Below, piece by piece: positions 39,407 through 48,855 of a DNA stretch of 64,000 nt (positions are counted from its first letter, which is position 1; each line of letters opens with the position of its first letter). Source of the stretch: Patescibacteria group bacterium. Its GTDB lineage: Bacteria; Patescibacteriota; Patescibacteriia; UBA1558; GWA2-36-10. Below the pieces are notes generated by a model. That model was not told where the DNA came from. It saw only the letters and a list, made by a program, of their open reading frames with translations, and made no database searches. The stretch is from NCBI GenBank assembly GCA_041650755.1, contig JBAZKN010000001.1, forward strand, positions 4,387 through 68,386, in the 5' to 3' direction. The position numbers and the translations under genes were made by a program.

Positions 39407-40321
39407 ATGAAGCACTTGTCCTATGTTGAGGCTGCTGATATGGCACACCTCTTGGCCCTCAAACAAGAGCGTCAGATCACGATCAGTTTAGCTCTCCCCG
39501 TCAGAAACGAGGAGGCGACCATTGGTCGTGTCATCGAGTGTGCCAGATCGTGCCAGCCGTTAGTTGACGAGATTATCGTCTTGGACAGCGGTTCTACCGA
39601 CAACACGCGGGAGGTGTGTTCAAGGTTAGGACTGGATGCGATCCCTGACGAACAGTTGGCCAAGGCCATGTCTATCCCTCTAGCCAGAGGAAAAGGATGG
39701 AATCTGTGGAGCAGTGTCTACTTCACGCGCGGTGATGTCATCGCCTGGATTGACACTGACATAGAGAACATCCATCCGCGCTTCATCCAAGGAATCGTCG
39801 CTCCTTTCCTGATGGATCCCGAGGTGATCTTTGCCAAAGGTTACTACAAGCGACCCAAGGGTGATGCCCGGGTGACCGAGATTCTTGCTCGGCCTTTCCT
39901 CAACATGCTGTTTCCCGAAGCTGCGAGTTTCATACAACCGTTGGCGGGGGAATACGCTGGGACTCGCGAGTTCCTCGAGAAAGCCACTTTCTACTCCGGG
40001 TATAGTGTAGAGGTGGCTATTCTGCTCCAAGCAGTACTTGAGTATGGACCGGAGAGAATCACCCAAGTGTTCCTCGACCAGCGGGTACATCCGCTTCAAG
40101 ATGTCCCGTCGCTTGGCAGGATGGCAGGTAGCATCCTGTACACTCTCCTGCATCTAGCTGAGCACTACAAGCGATTGACGCTTCAAGTGGATGTTCAGCA
40201 GGAAATGAGGGTGTTCAACGCCACCATCGATGGCGACAAGAACATCACCTCGGAAACGCTCAACGTCGCAGACACCGCTCTTCCTCGTGTGGTTGACCTT
40301 CCCAACTACCGGGAGAGGTAG
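39407..40321 (+). CDS. Family 2 glycosyltransferase (glucosyl-3-phosphoglycerate synthase-like)
   Basis: ISLALPVRNEE...EIIVLDSGSTDNT and DTD motif; GGAGGTGAGTCATG coupling to upstream gene. Confidence 0.85.
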   Translation: MKHLSYVEAADMAHLLALKQERQITISLALPVRNEEATIGRVIECARSCQPLVDEIIVLDSGSTDNTREVCSRLGLDAIPDEQLAKAMSIPLARGKGWNLWSSVYFTRGDVIAWIDTDIENIHPRFIQGIVAPFLMDPEVIFAKGYYKRPKGDARVTEILARPFLNMLFPEAASFIQPLAGEYAGTREFLEKATFYSGYSVEVAILLQAVLEYGPERITQVFLDQRVHPLQDVPSLGRMAGSILYTLLHLAEHYKRLTLQVDVQQEMRVFNATIDGDKNITSETLNVADTALPRVVDLPNYRER

Positions 40322-40336
40322 TCTGCACAGACAAAA

Positions 40337-40385
40337 GGGCCCGATGAACGAACATAACATTCTGACATCCGGGCCCTTTGAATTT
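40337..40385 (+). terminator. Rho-independent terminator ending GC-rich operon
   Basis: GGGCCCG-loop-CGGGCCC followed by TTTGAATTT. Confidence 0.7.
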
Positions 40386-40394
40386 GATAAAAAA

Positions 40395-40949
40395 TTATCT
40401 AAGTTCTCTATAATAATCGAAACTATTTTTAGTTAAAGATAAATTGAGTGGTAATTGCTCATTTTTTTGTTTATCATCTAATTCGGCTCGCATTTTCCCA
40501 AAATCCATACATCTACGCAGGTAATGTGGGATAGATGGGTCGATTTTTATAATTGCGGAGTATAAATTTTTTCTAGAAAAACTATTTAATCTGTTTTTTA
40601 CTATTAAGTTTGTCAGTTTTGGCACTAAATGGGGATTACCTAGCCGACATATGATATACGCTCCAACAGTGATATCCTCACCTAGAATAATGGTGGCCTC
40701 AAATAAGTGATCTGCTTTTTGGTATATGTCACTTTTTGGTACTTTATTCCAAACAAAACTAGCCATTTCATATTCATCAACTGGATTAATATCAAAGTTA
40801 ATGTTAAATGTTTTTGGTCTAGGCGTGCCAACAAAGCCAACGTCATCTTGATAATTGCTGGTAAAATAAGCCGGCATGGCTCTTTCGGCACTTGTAATTA
40901 AATCGTATATGGATGTAATTACAATTTTTTTCTTATTTGGCCAAAGCAT
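40395..40949 (-). CDS. Hypothetical protein (184 aa)
   Basis: AT-rich ORF within island. Confidence 0.55.
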   Translation of the reverse strand: MLWPNKKKIVITSIYDLITSAERAMPAYFTSNYQDDVGFVGTPRPKTFNINFDINPVDEYEMASFVWNKVPKSDIYQKADHLFEATIILGEDITVGAYIICRLGNPHLVPKLTNLIVKNRLNSFSRKNLYSAIIKIDPSIPHYLRRCMDFGKMRAELDDKQKNEQLPLNLSLTKNSFDYYRELR

Positions 40950-40957
40950 AATAAAAA

Positions 40958-41170
40958 TTATTTTCTAGTGTAATAAAGGATAACTGTAGTATTCAAAAAC
41001 ATCATTAGAATTACTCCTATAAACATTAAACCACCAGATGGTACTTGTGCCAAGGAAAGGAACCAAAATTCTCCAAATTCGAAAATAACAAACAAGAATC
41101 CGCCAATTAAAATCAAATTAATTAAAGTGTACAAGATGATACTTAACTTGGCTGTTTTCTCTTTAGTCAT
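40958..41170 (-). CDS. Small membrane protein (70 aa, 2 TM)
   Basis: Two hydrophobic helices; 8-nt gap to downstream gene. Confidence 0.5.
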   Translation of the reverse strand: MTKEKTAKLSIILYTLINLILIGGFLFVIFEFGEFWFLSLAQVPSGGLMFIGVILMMFLNTTVILYYTRK

Positions 41171-41411
41171 AAATTTGAATTAATGATACAAAAAAGGCCT
41201 CGCGCCAGTTGGCAACCCCTTGCGGTGTTACCACTACGCCCTTTCAGGCATAGACCTATCCTACAAGTACCGGTCACGAGACCATCTCTGTGTAGGATAG
41301 GTATTTGAAGCCATGCTCCAAAAATGGAGTTTAGGCCTTTTAATTGTAAGTTGAGTTTATCAAAAAAGAGCTATTTATTCAAGCTGGCGACTTGTTTATC
41401 AATAATATAAG

Positions 41412-42071
41412 GTGTATGATTTTATTAGTTATATGAATCAGATAGAGTGTACAATTAACGTCATGAATCTTCTTCTTTCTCAGTGGATGTTTTTTGATCA
41501 AATTAGTAATCCATTTTTTTATATTGATATAGATATATTTGCTGATGCCGCTGGTGGCCGCGCTAATCTGGTGAAAATAATTGAGGATTTTGAAAGGAGG
41601 AAGTGCGTAAAAAATGTTAGAGGGGTTAATGATACTTCAGAGTGGCGTACCATAATTTTATCTAACGGCGATAGATTGTCACTAAATATAATGCAAGATA
41701 ATTTAGAATATTATAGAGAAGTTTTGAAGAAAAATATCGCTAATAAAAATATCAGTTTAAGTAATTTTGATATTTCTTATGATGAAGATAGAAAAATATT
41801 AATAATTGGTAATGAGGAAATTTTGATAGATAATTCAACCAACCAAGATTATTTATGTAAAATCATGTTTAAGAGGGGGGTTGGTGTGCCAGTATATTGG
41901 GTGGATATATATGAAGCAATTCAAGGTGGGCACGAGCCAGAGAATGATAAAAAATGTAAGAAGATAATAGAAGATACGGTTTATATGGTTAACAATAAAG
42001 TCAGGGGGCTTATAGGAACCAATGATTTGTTATTTCGCAGTAACAAGGGCTATATAATAAGACAATATTGA
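41412..42071 (+). CDS. Hypothetical protein (219 aa)
   Basis: AT-rich ORF within island. Confidence 0.55.
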   Translation: MYDFISYMNQIECTINVMNLLLSQWMFFDQISNPFFYIDIDIFADAAGGRANLVKIIEDFERRKCVKNVRGVNDTSEWRTIILSNGDRLSLNIMQDNLEYYREVLKKNIANKNISLSNFDISYDEDRKILIIGNEEILIDNSTNQDYLCKIMFKRGVGVPVYWVDIYEAIQGGHEPENDKKCKKIIEDTVYMVNNKVRGLIGTNDLLFRSNKGYIIRQY

Positions 42072-42386
42072 TAAAATACGATCCGTAAGTGGGCCGTATA
42101 GAGCTGTTTTATAGTTAAAGTGATTATACTTTAACTTTTTTGTTTTTGTTGGAGTTCTATTAAAAACGTCCTAATAACAGGGGGTGAAGTACTAAAAATA
42201 AAAAATCTTAGTATTAATACCCCCACTACATATTAGTGTTTTTGTAAAAGTTGAAAATAAAACGGTATTAAGCAGAGGGAGTGATGCCTTGCACTCAATT
42301 TATTGTTCATTTGATACAAATTTAACAGGGTGCGACATGTAAGATATATAGGTTTTAATAGGCGAAAACGTATTTTATGGCTCAAA

Positions 42387-43373
42387 ATGCCAAAATACAA
42401 AAAGTACGTAAATGACACAAATTATATGGTTGAAATTAAGGAAATAATAAGCAAATTTATGGATCAGAAGGAATTTGCTGAAGATCGCTCAAAAGCCACG
42501 ATAGATAATTATCATTGGGTTTTTAAGCATTTATTACAATTAATGCCTGAAATCAAAGTCTTGAATGACATTAATCATGACAATGTGGTCGAATTTTTGA
42601 AAAGAGTCAGTACTAGAGAGAAAACCGTGGGCCATGAAAAGGTAGTGGGTATAAGCACCAGTACTAAAAGGACTTATATTAGTAAATTAAATACTTTCTG
42701 CGTGTGGTTGAATAGGAATGGTTATAAAAGAGATAATCCTATGGATAAGGAGAGTATGCCGCGCCCAAAGATTATATATAAAAATAGGAAATACTTGGAT
42801 TTAGATCAGGTAAGAAGGATATTGGTAGCCATTAGTCATAATATACGTTGGAGCAGTAATTTTATTAAAGCCAGAAATGAATTGATAATAGTTTTGGCCA
42901 TTACTTGTGGTTTGAGAAGATCTGAGTTATTAGGCATAACTTTGTCAGACATAGATTTAGATAATCGTAAAATTACTATTAGAGGGGTGACATCAAAGAG
43001 TAAAAAAACTAGATTTTTACACATTAATGCTTGGTGTATGGATATATTAAAAAAGTATCTATTGGAGAGGCGTAATAAACATTATAAAAATCCACATTTG
43101 TTTGTTTCTGATATGGTTGATAGGCCCTTTACGACACATGGGTTAAAGCACATGTTGAAAAAGGTAGAGAATACCTCTGGCATTGATTTTCACATGCACA
43201 ATTTCAGGCACACGTTTGCCTATATTTTGAAAAAAAACAACACAAACACTTCTTCGATACAGAATTTGTTGGGGCACAGTGCCGTGCAACATACTCAAAA
43301 ATATCTAGAAAATTTTCCAGATGACGAAAATGATAAATATATTGATCAAGTCACCCTTCAAAATCTTAAATAA
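42387..43373 (+). CDS. int: Tyrosine-type site-specific integrase (second copy)
   Basis: C-terminal HNFRHTFAYIL...LLGHSAVQHTQKY (R-H-R-Y catalytic pattern); start taken at MPKYKKY, track start 42330. Confidence 0.85.
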   Translation: MPKYKKYVNDTNYMVEIKEIISKFMDQKEFAEDRSKATIDNYHWVFKHLLQLMPEIKVLNDINHDNVVEFLKRVSTREKTVGHEKVVGISTSTKRTYISKLNTFCVWLNRNGYKRDNPMDKESMPRPKIIYKNRKYLDLDQVRRILVAISHNIRWSSNFIKARNELIIVLAITCGLRRSELLGITLSDIDLDNRKITIRGVTSKSKKTRFLHINAWCMDILKKYLLERRNKHYKNPHLFVSDMVDRPFTTHGLKHMLKKVENTSGIDFHMHNFRHTFAYILKKNNTNTSSIQNLLGHSAVQHTQKYLENFPDDENDKYIDQVTLQNLK

Positions 43374-43513
43374 TTGTGCTAATATGATAATAGAAATAAT
43401 TAAAATTAGTTGTAGTGTAAACGGGTCATTGCCACGGCATAAAAATTTTAATAGTTTTTCCAAATTATTCCCTAAGATTAGCTGAGGACAATAGAATCAG
43501 CACAGCGACCATT

Positions 43514-43559
43514 CATGGTAAGGCGTAGGTCCGCGGTTCAAGCCCGCGAGACGGCTCCA
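43514..43559 (+). repeat. attR: 46-bp direct repeat of tRNA-Thr(GGU) 3' end
   Basis: Identical to 29235-29280. Confidence 0.85.
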
Positions 43560-43857
43560 TTCGACTCCATCCCGCTTTGCGTGACTTCGCTCGTGGTCTA
43601 CGTTCTCGGCTTTGCCTTGAACTCCGACCACCATAAAGAGGCGAGTGTCACGAGTGAATTAAGCGCATCGAGGGGCACGAGATAAAATAATAAGTGGAAT
43701 AAAAATCAGCACTGTTAGCTGGTTTTTTAATATTTATCCCCAAGTTTGCGGGTGTTTTTTTATTTTTTTATGATGACTATGGTATAATATAATATATAAA
43801 AGTTGATTGCTTGACAATTTTTTGTAATTATACTATAATATAAAATTAAGATTAATT

Positions 43858-45447
43858 ATGCCAGAATTTTTCCTCGACAAAAAAAATTTTCCCGATGATA
43901 ACAATGTGGGGAGCACTGATTATTCTGGTCCCCATTTTTTTCATAAATTATTCATTCCTAGCCAACACAATAATTATAAACCGCATGCTTTGCACGGTAA
44001 GCGTCTAGCTTTTTATTCTTTGGCGGCAATTTTAATCAAGGCTTTGGTAGTGGCCTTAGCCTTATCTTTTCCTATTCAGGCTTGGTTGACACCGGATTTA
44101 CTTTCAGAAGAAAGCGGACGAATAGTAGAATTGACCAATAATTTACGCATCAGATTAAACATTAGCCCGTTGCGTAACAATGAAGTTTTGCAGCAGGCGG
44201 CTTTAGCTAAAGCCGAGGACATGTTGGTCAACCAATATTTTGCTCACGTCAGTCCAGATAAAAAAGGTTTGAAACATTGGCTGCAGATTTATCGCTATAA
44301 TTATAGTGTGGCTGGTGAAAATTTGGCCTTGGGTTTTTCTAGCCCGGAAGCGGTAGTGCAAGCTTGGGAAACAAGCCCTACCCACTATGCTAATTTAATC
44401 GATTCGGACTATAAAGATATCGGCGTAGCTATGATCGCCGGCACTTATCAGGGTTTTGATACCACTTTAGTGGCTCAATATTTTGGTACTCTAAAAAATG
44501 AGCCCAGCATAGAGACATCAACATCGATTTTTGGTCCTGAAAATACTTTGACACCAACTAGCACTAGTCAAACCAGCACCAATGCAGTTTTGTCCAGCAA
44601 AGATTTACCAGAGACAAGCGCAAGCTTGCCAGTTGTTCCTGTTGGCAAGCCGGTCTTGGCTAACCCGCGCCTGATGTCGCCTGCAGATAATTTTTTGACC
44701 AAGGATAGTAAAATTCATCTTGTGATCAGCGCTCCGCGGGCCGAGGGCTTGACTGTTTGGGTCAATAAGCAGGCCAAGTGGCAGGGTCAGGTCGATTTTG
44801 ATAAAGCCGAGACCGACCTAATTTTGCCAGAAGGCGAAAATAAAATTATCTTGCAAGCTGATGGATTGGAGCAGACAGTTTATTCTACTATTTATACCAT
44901 AAAAGTTGACATGGCCGCTCCTCAAGTGGATCAGGAACGTACTCACATCTCTGCTTTGCAGCCCAGTGGCCAAGACCAAGTGGTTATAAAAGCGGAAGTT
45001 TACATGAGCGCAGATACTAGGCTAGCCACTATCAAAATAGATAAATATAATATAGATTTGCAGCAAGATAGTTTTGATAAACAAAAATGGACCGGACATC
45101 TGATTATTAGTGAAGAAGAAAACGAGCAGTTATCCAATCCAGTCGTGCCAGCCAGTATTAGCTCTGTGGATTTGGCGGGCAATACAGCTATTGAGGATAT
45201 TAGTTGGGGTGCGGTTATACCAAAGGAAACCACTCCCTTGAGCCAATATTTATTTTTGAAGCAAAACCAAACAAATTATACAGCTCCGCTGTTTGACATT
45301 AGCTCGATATATTATAAATTTATTTTGGTTTTAGCTTGCCTGGCGCTTTTGTTGAATATTTTTATTGAAATAAAAAAACAACACCCCAAAACCATTGCTT
45401 CAACCATGTGTTTCATTGCTTTGTTGGTTATTTTGATTCTGATTTAA
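43858..45447 (+). CDS. CAP/SCP (YkwD-like) domain surface protein with N- and C-terminal TM helices
   Basis: CAP-domain blocks (AAEDMLVNQYFAHVSP..., HYANLIDSDYKDIGVA); TM after residue ~50 and at extreme C-terminus. Confidence 0.8.
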   Translation: MPEFFLDKKNFPDDNNVGSTDYSGPHFFHKLFIPSQHNNYKPHALHGKRLAFYSLAAILIKALVVALALSFPIQAWLTPDLLSEESGRIVELTNNLRIRLNISPLRNNEVLQQAALAKAEDMLVNQYFAHVSPDKKGLKHWLQIYRYNYSVAGENLALGFSSPEAVVQAWETSPTHYANLIDSDYKDIGVAMIAGTYQGFDTTLVAQYFGTLKNEPSIETSTSIFGPENTLTPTSTSQTSTNAVLSSKDLPETSASLPVVPVGKPVLANPRLMSPADNFLTKDSKIHLVISAPRAEGLTVWVNKQAKWQGQVDFDKAETDLILPEGENKIILQADGLEQTVYSTIYTIKVDMAAPQVDQERTHISALQPSGQDQVVIKAEVYMSADTRLATIKIDKYNIDLQQDSFDKQKWTGHLIISEEENEQLSNPVVPASISSVDLAGNTAIEDISWGAVIPKETTPLSQYLFLKQNQTNYTAPLFDISSIYYKFILVLACLALLLNIFIEIKKQHPKTIASTMCFIALLVILILI

Positions 45448-45536
45448 TTATTGTTTTATCTATTGACAAAAGTTTGAAATTGTGTAAAGGTATGGCAAGA
45501 AACACAGGTTTTTTAATTAATAATTTATTAATAGTT

Positions 45537-47072
45537 ATGAGTAAAAATTTAACCAAATTTCTGGCTTTATTGATTGCCTTGAGCGTTTCTGCTTTGAATT
45601 CCGGCCTATTTAGCTATAGCTACAATGTAGCTTTGGCTGCCAGTGAAGAAGGATTGGAAGAAAGTTTAACATTGCCAATTCGCGAGCAAAGCCGCAATAA
45701 GCAAGAAGTGACCCCAGATCAAACCCAAGAAACAAACACAGTAGAGCAAGTGCAGTCAATCGCCCCCAAGGGTGATGGTGCCAGCAAGGTGACTATCTGT
45801 CATTTGACCGCAGGTAATCCAAATAATGCTCACACCATTGAAGTAAGCGTCAATGCTCTCGAGGCCCATTTGGCGCACGGCGATACTATGGGTGTATGCT
45901 CCGCGCCAGTGGATCATTGTGCCGCCCTAATGCAAAACATCAAGAATTTTCAGGGTGTACATGCCAATATCAAGAATGGCACTTATGATGCCGCTTTTGA
46001 TTTAGACGCCGATGACGCAATTAATTTATCTGATGTGGTAATTGCTACTGCCGCTCAACCATCTGCTGATGTCAATGGCGATGGTGTTGTCAATTTGACC
46101 GATGTAGTTTTAGCTGCCCAGTGTGTAAATTCTGATCCAGTGCATCAATATTGCAGTGTCTTGGTACAAAACATCAAGAATTTTCAGGGTGTACATGCCA
46201 ATATCAAGAATGGCACTTATGATGCCGCTTTTGATTTAGACGCCGATGGTGCAATTAATTTATCTGATGTGGTAATTGCTACTGCCGCTCAACCATCTGC
46301 TGATGTCAATGGCGATGGTGTTGTCAATTTGACCGATGTAGTTTTAGCTGCTCAATGTCATTTTGAAGTGCCGCAATTAGAGCAGCCGCAGATTCAAAAT
46401 CCCCCCAGAAATAACCCGGAGATTAATAATGTCGCTATCATTCCACCAACCGAAGAGCAATGTCATGCCTTGATTGCTGATATGGAAATGGTGCAAAGCG
46501 CTGATCATTCTCTGCCCGGCGATCTAAATGGCGATCATGCAGTCAATTTGACCGATACAGTTTTATTGGCTGAGTTGGACCGAGGTGGTCAGAATGGTGT
46601 TACTGATAAAGTGATTAATTTAACCGACGTGGTGTTGTTGGCTCAATTCTGCCACGATTTTATTCCTGCCGAGAACCCCGTTGCCTTAACAGAAACTACA
46701 CCAGCTAATCCCGGCAATAGTAGTGGTAGTTCTGACAGCTATATAGTTCCTACACCGACCTTGCAGCCGCAAGTTTTATCTGAACAAGTTAACGCTAGTA
46801 ATTGCAAAGTTGATAAAGATGTGGCCAATAAAACAAAGTTCGCTAATGGTACTTTATTGCGAGCTTGCAACGCTAAGATATATTTGATTAAGGATGGACA
46901 GAAGTTATATATTGAGAATTTGGCTACTCTCAAGAAGTATGCCGGCAAGAGAATCTATAATGTCAGTCAAGATGTTTTGGATTCATACCCTGATTGGACG
47001 CCGAAGGTTTCAGCTATCAAGCCAAAGCCCGCTAATCAAATAGTTAAGTCATCAATCAAGTCAAGTAAATAA
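45537..47072 (+). CDS. Secreted protein with dockerin-like Ca-binding repeats and conserved C-terminal domain
   Basis: Signal peptide MSKNLTKFLALLIALSVSAL; repeated DVNGDGVVNLTDVVLAAQC / DLNGDHAVNLTDTVLLAEL motifs; two near-identical 78-aa tandem units; C-terminal domain shared with next gene. Confidence 0.8.
   Translation: MSKNLTKFLALLIALSVSALNSGLFSYSYNVALAASEEGLEESLTLPIREQSRNKQEVTPDQTQETNTVEQVQSIAPKGDGASKVTICHLTAGNPNNAHTIEVSVNALEAHLAHGDTMGVCSAPVDHCAALMQNIKNFQGVHANIKNGTYDAAFDLDADDAINLSDVVIATAAQPSADVNGDGVVNLTDVVLAAQCVNSDPVHQYCSVLVQNIKNFQGVHANIKNGTYDAAFDLDADGAINLSDVVIATAAQPSADVNGDGVVNLTDVVLAAQCHFEVPQLEQPQIQNPPRNNPEINNVAIIPPTEEQCHALIADMEMVQSADHSLPGDLNGDHAVNLTDTVLLAELDRGGQNGVTDKVINLTDVVLLAQFCHDFIPAENPVALTETTPANPGNSSGSSDSYIVPTPTLQPQVLSEQVNASNCKVDKDVANKTKFANGTLLRACNAKIYLIKDGQKLYIENLATLKKYAGKRIYNVSQDVLDSYPDWTPKVSAIKPKPANQIVKSSIKSSK
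45931..46362 (+). repeat. Tandem duplication, 2 x 234 bp, near-identical, within CDS
   Basis: Unit LMQNIKNFQGVHANIKNGTYDAAFDLDADDAINLSDVVIATAAQPSADVNGDGVVNLTDVVLAAQC repeated with 2 aa changes. Confidence 0.85.
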
Positions 47073-47077
47073 AATTC

Positions 47078-47112
47078 ATAGCCCAAGCTCACAAGGCTTG
47101 GGCTATTTGATT
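47078..47112 (+). terminator. Rho-independent terminator
   Basis: TAGCCCAAGC-loop-GCTTGGGCTA + TTTGATT. Confidence 0.65.
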
Positions 47113-47271
47113 GTACGACATTAAATTTATATTTTGTCAAGCCGTTGACAATTGTAAGTAGCGTGTTGTATATTTAAAGGTCAATTGACATTTCTAAAGT
47201 GATTCTTATATACTTAAAATATTAGTAATATTTTTATATATATTTTTTATTAATTATCTTATTTCAAGCCT

Positions 47272-48759
47272 ATGAGTAATAAAATTTTTAAGTATTCAAC
47301 TTGGCTGGTTTTTGTGACAGTTTTGGTGTGGTCCATCAGTTTTGGCTCGCAACAAATTATCAAAGCCCAAGCCCAAGAAGCTGGCGAATTACCTCTTGAG
47401 ATACCTTTGCTTATCAATGAGGAAAAACCAAACCCCGACCCAGTACCAGTGCCGCTGGCCATGCCGGCGCCAACTACGCATGGTGCTTGGTGCAGTGCCT
47501 TGTTAGGCATGATGTCCTCGACGGCCCATCATGATAATCAGGTTATTAACATCGATGATTTGGGCGGTGTGAATTTGACCGATACAGTGATGCTAGACGA
47601 TTGGTATAATACCGGCAACAATGATGCCTGCTATTCCCGTTTTGAGCCAAGTCCCGGTAATTTTAACTTTAACCAAAGCAACTATCAAAATATTGATTGG
47701 TGTTTGGGTTTAAAGCAAGGGATTACTGACGGTACCGGCTCAAGTACCGGAGACCCCAATTTTTCCCCGATATTTGATTTGAATGACGATGGTACTATTA
47801 ATCTTACAGACGTAGTTTTAATGGCTCAATTAGTCGGGGCTGATGATCAGGCAGCTTGTTATTTGCACTATGTGCCGCCTATGCCTAGCTGGCCAGAGCC
47901 AGACACAGTGCCGCCAGTTATCACTTTGTTGGGTTCTAACCCGGTAGATATTTATGTTGGCGATAGCTATACTGATGCAGGCGCAACTGCCTCAGATGAT
48001 ATAGATGGTGATATTAGTGCTAATATTGTTTTATCTGGCACAGTAAATACTAGCACGGTTGGCGCTTATATTTTGACTTATGATGTATCTGATGCCGCTG
48101 GCAATCCAGCCGTACCAGTCACCAGGACTGTCAATGTGGCTGCCCAGCCAACTCCACCACCTCCAGCTCCAAGTGGCGGTGGCGGCGGTGGCGGCTATAT
48201 GCCGATCAGCATTTTTAATGTTCAAGTGACACCTGGTACAGATAAAGCCACTATTACTTGGCAGACCTCCAGAGATTCTTTGACTTGGATGTTCTATGGC
48301 TTGGATACTTATTTGGAGACAGAGTCAAAAGATGATGTCTATAAACCAACGCATAAAATAGATTTGACTGGCCTTAAACCAAATACCACTTATCATTATC
48401 AATTGCGGGCCAGAGATAGCGGTGGTAATACGGTTTATGACACTGAACACACTTTTACCACCCTGACGGTTGGCGGTTTGGTACCCCAAGTCTTGGGCGT
48501 CAAAGAAGATGCCAATGCCTGCGTGCCCAAGATTGATCAAGACATAAAGAATGTGAAAACTTTTGCCAACGGTAAATTGATCAGAAGTTGCGGCCCAGAA
48601 GTATATCTCATTGTACAGGGCAAAAAGTTTCATATCATGAGCTGGCAGATTTTGCACGACAATTTCTTTGGCAAGAGAATTTATAATGTCAGCCAAGAGG
48701 TATTGGCCTCTTATCAGAATTTTCAAGGCACAGTCAGCGGTCTGAAAATAAAACAATAA
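47272..48759 (+). CDS. Secreted multi-domain protein (dockerin-like motifs, Ig-like and FN3-like domains, shared C-terminal domain)
   Basis: Signal peptide; [19 protein letters not shown]; Ig-like [36 protein letters not shown]...; Pro-rich linker; C-terminal [14 protein letters not shown] domain homologous to end of 45537-47072 product. Confidence 0.8.
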   Translation: MSNKIFKYSTWLVFVTVLVWSISFGSQQIIKAQAQEAGELPLEIPLLINEEKPNPDPVPVPLAMPAPTTHGAWCSALLGMMSSTAHHDNQVINIDDLGGVNLTDTVMLDDWYNTGNNDACYSRFEPSPGNFNFNQSNYQNIDWCLGLKQGITDGTGSSTGDPNFSPIFDLNDDGTINLTDVVLMAQLVGADDQAACYLHYVPPMPSWPEPDTVPPVITLLGSNPVDIYVGDSYTDAGATASDDIDGDISANIVLSGTVNTSTVGAYILTYDVSDAAGNPAVPVTRTVNVAAQPTPPPPAPSGGGGGGGYMPISIFNVQVTPGTDKATITWQTSRDSLTWMFYGLDTYLETESKDDVYKPTHKIDLTGLKPNTTYHYQLRARDSGGNTVYDTEHTFTTLTVGGLVPQVLGVKEDANACVPKIDQDIKNVKTFANGKLIRSCGPEVYLIVQGKKFHIMSWQILHDNFFGKRIYNVSQEVLASYQNFQGTVSGLKIKQ

Positions 48760-48773
48760 CTCTTTAATTTTCC

Positions 48774-48828
48774 GCGTCCCCATTTTTCAAGCCGTAGGGC
48801 TTAGATGAATGGGGACGTTTTGGTTTTT
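48774..48828 (+). terminator. Rho-independent terminator
   Basis: GCGTCCCCA-long loop-TGGGGACG + TTTTGGTTTTT; supports mutM start at 48856. Confidence 0.6.
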
Positions 48829-48855
48829 CTAAAAACTTATGTTATAGTTTGTGAT

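Larger units (their letters stand above)
29281..43559. mobile_element. ~14.3 kb tRNA-Thr-integrated genomic island with two tyrosine integrases
   Basis: Integrase directly 3' of tRNA; 46-bp direct repeat of tRNA 3' end at far end; second integrase just inside attR; cargo contains compositionally foreign GC-rich operon. Confidence 0.75.
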
